A DNA stretch of 12,616 bases from Thermoproteaceae archaeon (GTDB taxonomy: Archaea; Thermoproteota; Thermoprotei; Thermoproteales; Thermoproteaceae). Location: assembly GCA_020833025.1 (NCBI GenBank), contig JAJHRB010000045.1, positions 1-12,616 of the forward strand. The letters are read 5' to 3'. A program made the position numbers and the translations under genes. Below, piece after piece: positions 1 to 7,300 of this stretch. How positions within the stretch are numbered: position 1 is the stretch's first letter; each line of letters begins with the position of its first letter. The notes beneath the pieces were generated by a model. It was not told the origin of the DNA, ran no database searches, and saw only the letters and a program-made list of their open reading frames with translations.

Positions 1-2
1 AT

Positions 3-191
3 CTGGTCTTCGTCACGGTCGGGCTCGGCGCGATATTTGCGAACTTCCCCGAGACGGCGCACGTGATCCAGAACGTAGCGTGGGGCATTGCCATAGCTGT
101 TGGCGTCATGGCCGCGCCCATAGTCTACGCCCTCTACAGGAGGGCAGTAGCCGAGAGGGAGAGAGGCTGCTCGCCGGAGCAGAAACAGTAG
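3..191 (+). CDS. Membrane protein, C-terminal fragment (5' end outside window)
   Basis: Frame 3 open from the window edge to TAG 189-191: LVFVTVGLGAIFANFPETAHVIQNVAWGIAIAVGVMAAPIVYALYRRAVAERERGCSPEQKQ; two hydrophobic segments then a charged tail. Confidence 0.7.
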   Translation: MVFVTVGLGAIFANFPETAHVIQNVAWGIAIAVGVMAAPIVYALYRRAVAERERGCSPEQKQ

Positions 192-224
192 GCCGGCATG
201 CTTCCCGCCTAGAGGGCTGGAATC

Positions 225-920
225 TCAGGAGAGAGTAGAGGATTGGAGTCTCTTCACCGTGTCCCGCAGCGCGATGCGCATTAGCACGTGCCCGACCAGC
301 GTCAACACCCCGCCGAGACCCAAAAGCAGCAGGGCCAGATCCACCGCGTAGAGAATCCCGGCGGCCATGTAGAGAGAGTTCCCGTATCTGCCGTGAAGCC
401 TGAACGCGCCGACCGCAAACGTCATCACGTGGCCCACCACGGCCACGACGCCGCCAATTGCTGCGAGCGCGAGGGTCCCCAGAAGTAGGGAGAGAGGCTG
501 CGGTCCCGGCGCTAGCCCCGTCTCGGCGGACAGCGCGGCTGCGGCGAGCGCCGCGGCGCCTAGCGCGAAGATGCCGGTGCCGATAAGCCAAATCGCCGTC
601 CCGGCGTGGCACACGCCAAAGCTCCCGTCCACTCTCGCCAGCGCGCGCATCGCCGGCCTTATTCTGCACGCCACGGCGTATATGGCGGCTGCGGCGCCCG
701 CGACTAGCAGCGCGATGAAGGGCAGCGCGGCGGAGGCAAGCTCCCTCACTCCCGGCAGCGTTCTGCCGGCGCCAGTATCCGCCGCGGCGTGAGCGCTCAG
801 GATGAGGGCCAGCGCAGCCCCCACGGCTCCTGCCGTGGTCGCGGCCCACGCAGCAACTAAGTAGAGAAACCCGGAGCTCAGCCGCCCGAGCGCCAGCACC
901 TCCTCGGCGCGAGTCTCCAC
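225..920 (-). CDS. Multi-pass membrane protein, DUF973/DUF996-like
   Basis: About 6 hydrophobic segments; C-terminal YMAAGILYAVDLALLLLGLGGVLTLVGHVLMRIAL resembles crenarchaeal DUF973/DUF996 proteins (recalled, not searched). Start moved from TTG 950 to GTG 920 because 940-947 is a TATA box 26 nt upstream of 920. Confidence 0.65.
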   Translation of the reverse strand: METRAEEVLALGRLSSGFLYLVAAWAATTAGAVGAALALILSAHAAADTGAGRTLPGVRELASAALPFIALLVAGAAAAIYAVACRIRPAMRALARVDGSFGVCHAGTAIWLIGTGIFALGAAALAAAALSAETGLAPGPQPLSLLLGTLALAAIGGVVAVVGHVMTFAVGAFRLHGRYGNSLYMAAGILYAVDLALLLLGLGGVLTLVGHVLMRIALRDTVKRLQSSTLS

Positions 921-939
921 GCTGGACGCCGGCGGCAGA

Positions 940-947
940 AATTTAAG
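940..947 (-). promoter_or_regulatory. TATA box for the 225-920 gene
   Basis: CTTAAATT on minus, 26 nt before GTG 920. Confidence 0.6.
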
Positions 948-973
948 CAAGCGCGCGGCGGCCGCGCCAGCGC

Positions 974-1984
974 CTAGAACGGAAGGCCCTCCCTAATCCA
1001 CCGCGCCGCCTCGAGCGCGTAGTATGTGATTATCAGGTCGGCGCCAGCCCTCTTTATGGCCGTGAGCGCCTCAAGGGCGGCAGCCCTCTCGTCTATGTAG
1101 CCGGCGGCCGCGGCCGCCTTTATCATTGAGTACTCGCCGGAGACGCTGTAAGCGGCCAGAGGGGCCCACGGGTAGTGCGTCTTGACCAGCCTAATTACGT
1201 CGAGATACGCGAGAGCAGGCTTCACCATGACAATGTCCGCGCCCTCCTCGAGATCCAGCATGACTTCCTTGAGCGCTTCGTGCGCATTTCTCGGGTCCAT
1301 CTGGTAGGCTCTCCTGTCGCCAAATTTAGGCGCCGACGACGCGGCCACGCGGAAGGGCCCGTAAAATGCAGAGGCGTACTTCGCGCCGTACGCCATGATC
1401 CCAACGTCGTGGAAGCCGTGCTCGTCAAGCGCCCTCCTTATTTCCGCAACCTGCCCGTCCATCATCCCGCTCGGCGCGACGAAATCCGCGCCTGCCTCCG
1501 CGTAAACTACTGCCTCTCTTGCGTACAGCTTTATTGTCTTGTCGTTATCGATGTAAAGCCTTCCCCGCCTTTCCATCACAATGCCGCAGTGCCCGTGGCT
1601 TGTGTACTCGCACAGGCACACGTCTGCAAACAAGAGCACCTTGTCCGCAAAGGTCTCCTTAAGGAGCCGTAGCGCGCGCGGCACGACGCCCTGCGGGTCG
1701 TAGCCGCCGGTCCCCAGCGGGTCCTTCATGTCGTCGGGGAGGACTCCAAACAGTATGAACTTGTTAACGCCGAGCGACAGAGCCTCCTCGACGTGCTTAA
1801 TTAGCGCCTCGCCGACAGGCCACCTGTTTATTCCCGGCATCACTGGCACCGGCTCGGCGCTGCCCCCCGGCTTCGCGAAAATCGGGTATATGAAGTCGCC
1901 GGGCTCTAGCGACGTCTCGGCAACGGCGTCTCTGATAATCTTGCTCGCCCTGAGACGCCTAGGCCTTACTGCAGGGAACTTCAC
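974..1984 (-). CDS. hemB: Porphobilinogen synthase (5-aminolevulinate dehydratase), Zn-dependent type
   Basis: RPRRLR N-terminus, DVCLCEYTSHGHCG (C-x-C-x7-C Zn site), APSGMMDG, YGAKYASAFYGPFR, YQMDP, MVKPAL, AYSVSGEYSMIKAA. Confidence 0.98.
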   Translation of the reverse strand: MKFPAVRPRRLRASKIIRDAVAETSLEPGDFIYPIFAKPGGSAEPVPVMPGINRWPVGEALIKHVEEALSLGVNKFILFGVLPDDMKDPLGTGGYDPQGVVPRALRLLKETFADKVLLFADVCLCEYTSHGHCGIVMERRGRLYIDNDKTIKLYAREAVVYAEAGADFVAPSGMMDGQVAEIRRALDEHGFHDVGIMAYGAKYASAFYGPFRVAASSAPKFGDRRAYQMDPRNAHEALKEVMLDLEEGADIVMVKPALAYLDVIRLVKTHYPWAPLAAYSVSGEYSMIKAAAAAGYIDERAAALEALTAIKRAGADLIITYYALEAARWIREGLPF

Positions 1985-2933
1985 CAGCCGGCCGCAGGCC
2001 CGGAGCAGATAACAGTTCGCCCGCCGGCCCCCCGCCCCCGCGTCCCCTCCGGACGAGCGCTGCGACCACGGCGCGGATTAGGCCCTCTGCGTCCCTGCCC
2101 CTTATATAGGGCAGGATGTCAGTGCCGGCGCTGCCGTAAAGACACAGTAAGAGCTTGCCGTCGTACGTCAGCCTGAGGGTGGAGCACGCGACGCAGAATA
2201 CGGGATTCGCGTACCCCTTTACGATCTCGATCTTGACCCCGCCGAGCTCGTAGACCGGCCTGTTATGCAAGTCCTCTCTGAGGCGGAGGGGCCTAGCGCC
2301 GAGCGACGACAGCACGGCCACCACGGTCTCGACGGGCTCGTGAAGCTCGTCGAACTCCCGCGGGCTGAGCCCGACGGGCATGAGCTCGATGAACTGGAGC
2401 GCGGCGCCGGCGCGGGACGCCAGCCTGACAAGCTCCTTGACACTCTCTCTGTCAGTGTTGACCCCCCTGAGCACGACGGCGTTGATCTTAACTCCCAGCC
2501 CCAGCTCGGCGCATTTAGCGATGCCCCCTAGAGCTCTCTTCAACGAGTCCGGCGGCGCGCCGGTCACCGCCGAGTACCTCGCCGGGTCTGCCGAGTGCAC
2601 GGAGACGTTCACTCTCGAGAGCCCGGCCGCCGCGAGCCTCTCTGCCCAGTCGCGGAGGAGGTAGCCGTTCGTGACTAGCGAGACAGAGCCGCCTGCCCTG
2701 ACTATTCGCGCCACCACCGCGTCGACGTCGTCGCGCATCAGCGGCTCTCCCCCAGTGAGCTTGTAGTGCACCGCGCCTATTCTGCTGAGGGCGGATGCTA
2801 TGAACCCGTAGTCCTCTGCCGTCAGCGCGTCCTCCGCGCCGCGTGGCTGCCCCTCTCTGTGGCAGAACACGCAGCTATAATTGCAGCGGCTCGTAACGGA
2901 GAGCCTGAGCCTCAAGAGGCCGCGGAAGAACAT
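1959..2933 (-). CDS. moaA: GTP 3',8-cyclase (molybdenum cofactor biosynthesis radical SAM enzyme)
   Basis: CNYSCVFC radical SAM motif, LTGGEPL, TNG, NVSVHS, FIELMP, second cluster FCVAC-x13-C. 3' end overlaps hemB by 26 nt. Confidence 0.93.
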   Translation of the reverse strand: MFFRGLLRLRLSVTSRCNYSCVFCHREGQPRGAEDALTAEDYGFIASALSRIGAVHYKLTGGEPLMRDDVDAVVARIVRAGGSVSLVTNGYLLRDWAERLAAAGLSRVNVSVHSADPARYSAVTGAPPDSLKRALGGIAKCAELGLGVKINAVVLRGVNTDRESVKELVRLASRAGAALQFIELMPVGLSPREFDELHEPVETVVAVLSSLGARPLRLREDLHNRPVYELGGVKIEIVKGYANPVFCVACSTLRLTYDGKLLLCLYGSAGTDILPYIRGRDAEGLIRAVVAALVRRGRGGGGPAGELLSAPGLRPAGEVPCSKA

Positions 2934-3373
2934 TAACTCCCGGCCGCGCGCTCTGCTAGGCCGGTGCAGGCGCGCGAGAGCCTCGCGGCGGCACCCTGTC
3001 TTAATCTGACGTAGCTAGGCGGGGGCCTCAACCCGACGTCGTGAAGCCTCACGGGAGCTAAACACTTGCGCAAGTCCCTCACCTCGATGAGCATTGCATA
3101 ACGACTGCCCTCGACGTACTTGAGATCCTCCTCGCCGACTCCGACGCCGCCGAGCTCTGCGAGGAGCCTCCTGAGGTTCTGAGCGGGCACGAGGAAGACA
3201 AGACCGGCTTTGAACGCGCACATGACGGCAGAGACAGGCCTCGTGAAGTAAAGGAAGATCTCATCGCCAGGCTGTATTAGGGGGCCCACAAGCCTCCTCA
3301 GCTCGTATTTCTTGACCCCCCATGCTATCTCCTCGCCAAACTTCGGCTTTACTGACATGAGGTAAGACGCCAC
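2933..3373 (-). CDS. ASCH (PUA-like) domain protein
   Basis: LMSVKPKFGEEIAWGVKKYELRR carries the ASCH G-x-K-x-x-E-x-R motif; GDEIFLY-x-T-x-P follows; PPSY-x-R near the C-terminus. Stop overlaps the moaA start (TAATG). Confidence 0.88.
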   Translation of the reverse strand: MASYLMSVKPKFGEEIAWGVKKYELRRLVGPLIQPGDEIFLYFTRPVSAVMCAFKAGLVFLVPAQNLRRLLAELGGVGVGEEDLKYVEGSRYAMLIEVRDLRKCLAPVRLHDVGLRPPPSYVRLRQGAAARLSRACTGLAERAAGS

Positions 3374-3393
3374 GCCGGCGCCGCCGCATGCGC

Positions 3394-3401
3394 ATTTAAA
3401 A
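3394..3401 (-). promoter_or_regulatory. TATA box for ASCH-moaA(-hemB)
   Basis: TTTTAAAT about 27 nt before GTG 3373. Confidence 0.6.
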
Positions 3402-3480
3402 GTAAGGCGAGTAGGACAGGGTCTCGTCAGCGTCCAGAGGGCTCCGACTCCTCGCGCGTCAGCGGTGTGGCTGTGCCGGC

Positions 3481-3492
3481 AAAAATATTAAG
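3481..3492 (+). promoter_or_regulatory. BRE/TATA for sufC
   Basis: AAAAATATTAAG; spacing fits in-frame GTG 3511 (25 nt) better than ATG 3502. Confidence 0.5.
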
Positions 3493-3501
3493 CGGCCGCG
3501 C

Positions 3502-4200
3502 ATGACAGGCGTGCGCCTAGTCGTCAGCGGCGTGTCCGTTGCTGTCGGCGGGAGACGCCTGCTCTCCGGCATTTCATTCTCCCTGTCAGACAGCGACATT
3601 CTCTATATTCTCGGCCCCAACGGCGCCGGCAAGACGTCGCTGCTGAAGGCTCTGATGGGAGTGCCGGGCTATGAAATCGTCGAGGGCACTGTGCTCCTCG
3701 ACGGCGAGGACATCAGGAGGCTCAGCATTTACGAGAGGGCGCGCAGGGGGCTCGCGCTCGCGTTTCAAATCCCGCCCAGGCTTCGCGGGATTAAAGCCGG
3801 GGACTTGCTCGCGCAGATATGCCGCAAGACAGGCTGCGACCACCGCGAGGTCGCCAAGATTGCCGGCGTGGAGCACCTGCTCGACAGGGAGGTCTGCAGG
3901 CTCTCGGGCGGGGAGAGCAAGCGCGTGGAGCTCGCGACAGTGCTTGCCCAGAGGCCGAGAGTGGCGTTGATAGACGAGCCTGACAGCGGCGTTGACGTGG
4001 ACAGCCTATCAATTATAGCGCGCGCGCTCCGCGAGCTTCTAAACAGCGCGGCAGTAGTAGTGGTGACGCACGGAGCGCACATCGCGAAGTACCTAACGCC
4101 CAGTAAGGTGTGCGTGCTTCACTTCGGCACGCTTAGGAGGTGCGGCGGCGCCGAGGTGATAGACGAGGTTCTGACGCGCGGCTTCTCGCAGCCTGCCTGA
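3502..4200 (+). CDS. sufC: Fe-S cluster assembly ABC-type ATPase (SufC/SmsC)
   Basis: Walker A GPNGAGKT, LAFQ-x-P, LSGGE signature, SufC-typical DEPDSGVD Walker B, VTH; adjacent to a sufB homolog. True start may be GTG 3511. Confidence 0.93.
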   Translation: MTGVRLVVSGVSVAVGGRRLLSGISFSLSDSDILYILGPNGAGKTSLLKALMGVPGYEIVEGTVLLDGEDIRRLSIYERARRGLALAFQIPPRLRGIKAGDLLAQICRKTGCDHREVAKIAGVEHLLDREVCRLSGGESKRVELATVLAQRPRVALIDEPDSGVDVDSLSIIARALRELLNSAAVVVVTHGAHIAKYLTPSKVCVLHFGTLRRCGGAEVIDEVLTRGFSQPA

Positions 4201-4211
4201 GGCTGCGCAAG

Positions 4212-4219
4212 ATTAAAAG
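4212..4219 (+). promoter_or_regulatory. Internal TATA box for sufB
   Basis: ATTAAAAG just after the sufC stop, about 29 nt before GTG 4242. Confidence 0.5.
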
Positions 4220-4241
4220 CCAGCGCGCCGTACTTCGTAAC

Positions 4242-5435
4242 GTGGCCGTGCCCGGCTGGCTTGAGAAGGTGAGGGAGAGAGCAAAGGCGGCACTAGCCAA
4301 GCCTGCCGAGCACGGCCCGGACATCGACGTGACGCAATTTGACATTACAACGCACGTTGACGAGAGCGCCGCCATCAAGGCAGCCGAGAGAGCCGGCGTC
4401 TCGGTCAGGGTTCCGGCATTTTACATACAGGCCGACAGCGCCTACTTCAATTACCTGAGCAAGATCCCCGGAATTGAGGTCTACAGGCTCGAGGAGTTCA
4501 TTGAGGCAAACAGAGACCTGGCGAAGGACTACGTGTGGCGGCTGGTGCCGCCCGACATGGACAAATACACGGCAGTGGCGGCGCTCAGGGGCGTTGGAGG
4601 TTACGTTATAAGGGTCAAGAGCGGAGTTAAGGTTGAGCAGCCCGTGCTGGCGTGCCTCTCAATCGTGCGCGGCGGCCTGCAGGCGCCTCACAATGTGGTG
4701 ATAGCCGAGGAGGGGGCCGACGTCGTGGTGTACACCGGCTGCACAATAGCGCCCGAGGCTGTCGGGCTTCACGCCGCGATCTCTGAGTTCTACGTGATGA
4801 GGAAGGCGAAGCTCAAGTTCGTGATGGTGCACGGCTGGAACGCTGCTACCCACGTGAGGCCGAGGGCGGCAGCGCTGGTCGGAGAGGAGGCCGAGTATGC
4901 CTACTACTACGCCAACCTGGCTGCGGTGAAGACGCTGCAGGCAAGCCCGAGAACACTCTTGAAGGATGGTGCCAGAGCCTACTCAGTGTCGGTGCTGCTC
5001 GGCCCCGAGTCGGCGCAGATAGACGTCGGGTCTGTCGCCGTGCTGGACGGCGCGGACTCGGCGGCCGAGATCGTCTCCAGGGCCCTTGCAACTGCGCGCT
5101 CAAGCATAACCATGCGCGCGCTGGTAGAGGCGCGGAAGCCGGCAAGGGGGCACATCGAGTGCAGCGGCCTGCTAATGTCGGAAAGCGCCAATATAACTAC
5201 AGTGCCCCTACTCGCCGCGCGCCACAAAGACGCGTCGCTCACGCACGAGGCGTCAATCGGCAAGCTCGCCGAGGAGGAGATAAATTACCTCATGGCCAAG
5301 GGCTTGAGCTACGAGGAGGCAGTGTCTATGCTCGTCAGGGGTTTCGTGACTACAGACATTCATAAATACCTCCCCGAGTGGGCCCGCCAGTACGTCGAGA
5401 GCGTTGAGAGGCTTATCATACAGAAGGCGCTGTGA
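4242..5435 (+). CDS. sufB: SufB/SufD-family Fe-S scaffold (SufB/SmsB)
   Basis: QAPHNVVIAEEGA, YTGCT, LHAAISEFYV, GHIECSGLLM, LTHEASIGKLAEEEINYLMAKGL-x-YEEA-x-SMLVRGF. Start set at GTG 4242 from the TATA position; the track start 4140 overlaps sufC. Confidence 0.92.
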   Translation: MAVPGWLEKVRERAKAALAKPAEHGPDIDVTQFDITTHVDESAAIKAAERAGVSVRVPAFYIQADSAYFNYLSKIPGIEVYRLEEFIEANRDLAKDYVWRLVPPDMDKYTAVAALRGVGGYVIRVKSGVKVEQPVLACLSIVRGGLQAPHNVVIAEEGADVVVYTGCTIAPEAVGLHAAISEFYVMRKAKLKFVMVHGWNAATHVRPRAAALVGEEAEYAYYYANLAAVKTLQASPRTLLKDGARAYSVSVLLGPESAQIDVGSVAVLDGADSAAEIVSRALATARSSITMRALVEARKPARGHIECSGLLMSESANITTVPLLAARHKDASLTHEASIGKLAEEEINYLMAKGLSYEEAVSMLVRGFVTTDIHKYLPEWARQYVESVERLIIQKAL

Positions 5436-5902
5436 GCGGCACGCTTAAGCTACCGCCGAGAGTAAAAGTGCTGGAGGCGCTCTCTGCCCTAGCCGACGGC
5501 AGGGTGCGCGCGCTTGGAGAGGGCAGATGCGAGGTCGTCTCGTCCGACGGCAGCAGGATTTACACAGTCGTGGTGAAGGAGAGGTACGTCTACAGCAATG
5601 ATAACGGCACGGTGCACAGAGGCTACATCGGGTACCCGATAATTGCGTGCTTAATGGCGGAGGGCAGGCTGCCCGTCGATAGAGAGCTGGCTGAGAAGCT
5701 GAAGGGCATTCCGTGGAGGGAGCTGAACGAGAGGCTCAAGAAGTACGACAGCGTGATTCGCTATGTCTACGCGAGCAGGAAGATAGACGCGAGGCGGGCC
5801 GAGGAGTACACCAGCCTCGTGCTGCGGCGCCTCCGGTCTTGGGGGGCCGTGTACCACCCTGCGCTCCTGCTTCGGAATTCCGAGGGTCGGGGTGAGCCGT
5901 GA
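5432..5902 (+). CDS. Conserved hypothetical protein (SNDN / GYP motifs)
   Basis: GTGA overlap with the sufB stop; natural composition; KVLEALSALADGRV, SNDNG, GYIGYPIIA, LKGIPWRELN recall an uncharacterised archaeal/bacterial family (no search run). Confidence 0.85.
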   Translation: MSGTLKLPPRVKVLEALSALADGRVRALGEGRCEVVSSDGSRIYTVVVKERYVYSNDNGTVHRGYIGYPIIACLMAEGRLPVDRELAEKLKGIPWRELNERLKKYDSVIRYVYASRKIDARRAEEYTSLVLRRLRSWGAVYHPALLLRNSEGRGEP

Positions 5903-5938
5903 GCCGCAAGCTCCTTAACGGCTCGGAGGGGCAGCAGC

Positions 5939-6943
5939 TTAGTCAATAACTGTCACGCGCGCCTTTCTTAACGCGAGTTCGACCTCCTCTCGCGGCGCTC
6001 CTAGCCAGTTGGTCTCCTCTAGCGCGGCTCTCGATATCACAAGCGCGCTGCCGCGGCCTCTACGCGCCCTCCTGACAATCTCCCACATCAGCCTGTATAC
6101 TCTGTCACGCTTTGCTTGTGCCGACAGTATTGCTGCCTCTAGCGGCATTCCCGTGAGCGTCTTCAGCACTATTTCCACGATTTTGTTTATCCTGTCGGGA
6201 ACGCCAATGATGCGCCCCCGGAGTTCTATTCTGCATCTTTTGTTAACGCCCATCATCTCTGCCAGGCGCCTCGTCGCGGACTTGAGGGGGCGCTCCTTAT
6301 CGACTATCCCGCCCACTATGAACTCGGCGTGCGACCGCGCGACCTCCTCGCTGAACACGCAGTCTCCCTCCGGGTCGAGCACCACGGGCGCCTCCAGCCG
6401 CGGCATTCCGCTAGTGATGTTCATTCTGTGAGCGAGTCCGGGCGCGTGTCTGTTCAAGTATTCCATGAACTCGGCGGGCGCGTGAGTCAACCAGAGAGCG
6501 CCGTCCCACAGAACGCACCTGACGGCCTTGAGCGACGCGAGTATCTGCTCCACTAGCTCCCGTTTCTCGCCCGGAGTGTGCTCGTGCCACAGCGACAGGT
6601 CTATAATGAACCGCGGCCGGGAGGGCGGCTCGAATCTAATGGCGGGCTGGCTCTCGCACTCCCGCGCGAGAGTCCATTTACACGCCGCGGGCCCGCCGCC
6701 GGCTGCGAGCACCACGCCGCCCCACTCCCCCAGCGCCCTGCCGCGGCCCTCGCGCTGGCAGAGCTTGTAGCGGCCGGTTAGGAGCCAGACGGTGACGCAC
6801 TGCGGCAGCTCTAGCCCGCACCTGAAGCGGCGCGGCAGGCATATTGAGTCAATCCCAGCGTCCGCAAGCGCGCGGAAGAGGGGCCGCCACAGGGGAGTCA
6901 CGAGTGCGCCGCCCTCCGCCGGGCCCAGGGGCGACGCGACCAC
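5939..6943 (-). CDS. trm10: Archaeal tRNA m1A9/m1G9 methyltransferase (SPOUT)
   Basis: FIIDLSLW-x-x-HT-x-x-EK-x-x-L-x-x-Q, VLDPEG, FIVGGIVDK, IELRG-x-x-x-GVPDRINKIVEI typical of archaeal Trm10. Confidence 0.88.
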   Translation of the reverse strand: MVASPLGPAEGGALVTPLWRPLFRALADAGIDSICLPRRFRCGLELPQCVTVWLLTGRYKLCQREGRGRALGEWGGVVLAAGGGPAACKWTLARECESQPAIRFEPPSRPRFIIDLSLWHEHTPGEKRELVEQILASLKAVRCVLWDGALWLTHAPAEFMEYLNRHAPGLAHRMNITSGMPRLEAPVVLDPEGDCVFSEEVARSHAEFIVGGIVDKERPLKSATRRLAEMMGVNKRCRIELRGRIIGVPDRINKIVEIVLKTLTGMPLEAAILSAQAKRDRVYRLMWEIVRRARRGRGSALVISRAALEETNWLGAPREEVELALRKARVTVID

Positions 6944-6962
6944 AAGAGCTCGCGCGCCGGGC

Positions 6963-6970
6963 GTTAAAAA
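6963..6970. promoter_or_regulatory. TATA box for trm10, possibly bidirectional
   Basis: TTTTTAAC on minus 25 nt before GTG 6943; reads GTTAAAAA on plus, 20-23 nt before ATGATG 6984/6987. Confidence 0.6.
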
Positions 6971-6983
6971 GCGACGCGACGCA

Positions 6984-7300
6984 ATGATGCTCGCGCCGGA
7001 GGCACGGCGGAAGATCCGGCGCCTCTGAAGAGTTGTCGTGGACGCCCCTGACGGCAGCTCAATACAGGGGGCTGAGGCAGAGCGGTAACTGCCCGGCGGA
7101 GAGGGGGCCGAGATGCAGGAGCTGCAGAGCTGCCGCGCCAGGCAGCAGCCTGGAGGCCGGCAGAAATGAGGCGCCCGTCACGCAGGCAGCGGGGCGCTTT
7201 AGCTGGCCGCTTCAGCACTCCGCGGAGGGCGCCCCCGCTCTCCGGGACGCAGCTAGGCCTCCGGCCCTGGGCGCAGCGGGAGTTGAAATGTGGCGCCTAG
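6984..7300 (+). pseudogene. Candidate eroded ORF (alternative: structured ncRNA)
   Basis: MMLAPEARRKIRRL*RVVVDAPDGSSIQGAEAER*LPGGEGAEMQELQSCR reads through in-frame stops at 7026 and 7086; another frame ends QLGLRPWAQRELKCGA* at TAG 7298-7300, overlapping the rnhB stop. Confidence 0.3.

Noticed and set aside
106-849. 247-aa minus ORF and other Arg/Pro/Ser-rich ORFs overlapping real genes
   Set aside because: Alternative-frame or antisense shadows typical of high GC; no motifs; fully overlap better-supported genes.
3425-3464. Two CGTCAGCG copies (CTGA on minus) as a C/D sRNA
   Set aside because: No C box upstream and D'-D spacing too long.
4140-4241. N-terminal extension of SufB in the ORF track
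   Set aside because: Overlaps sufC and contains the TATA box; low-complexity Arg-rich sequence.
7026-7028. TGA as selenocysteine or readthrough codon
   Set aside because: A TAA follows in frame at 7086, no SECIS recognised, and Sec is not known in Thermoproteales.
6990-7290. Firm call as SRP RNA or RNase P RNA
   Set aside because: No GNRA-capped SRP helix 8 and no GAGGAAN(N)UCC / CR-V pair on either strand; kept only as an unassigned candidate.
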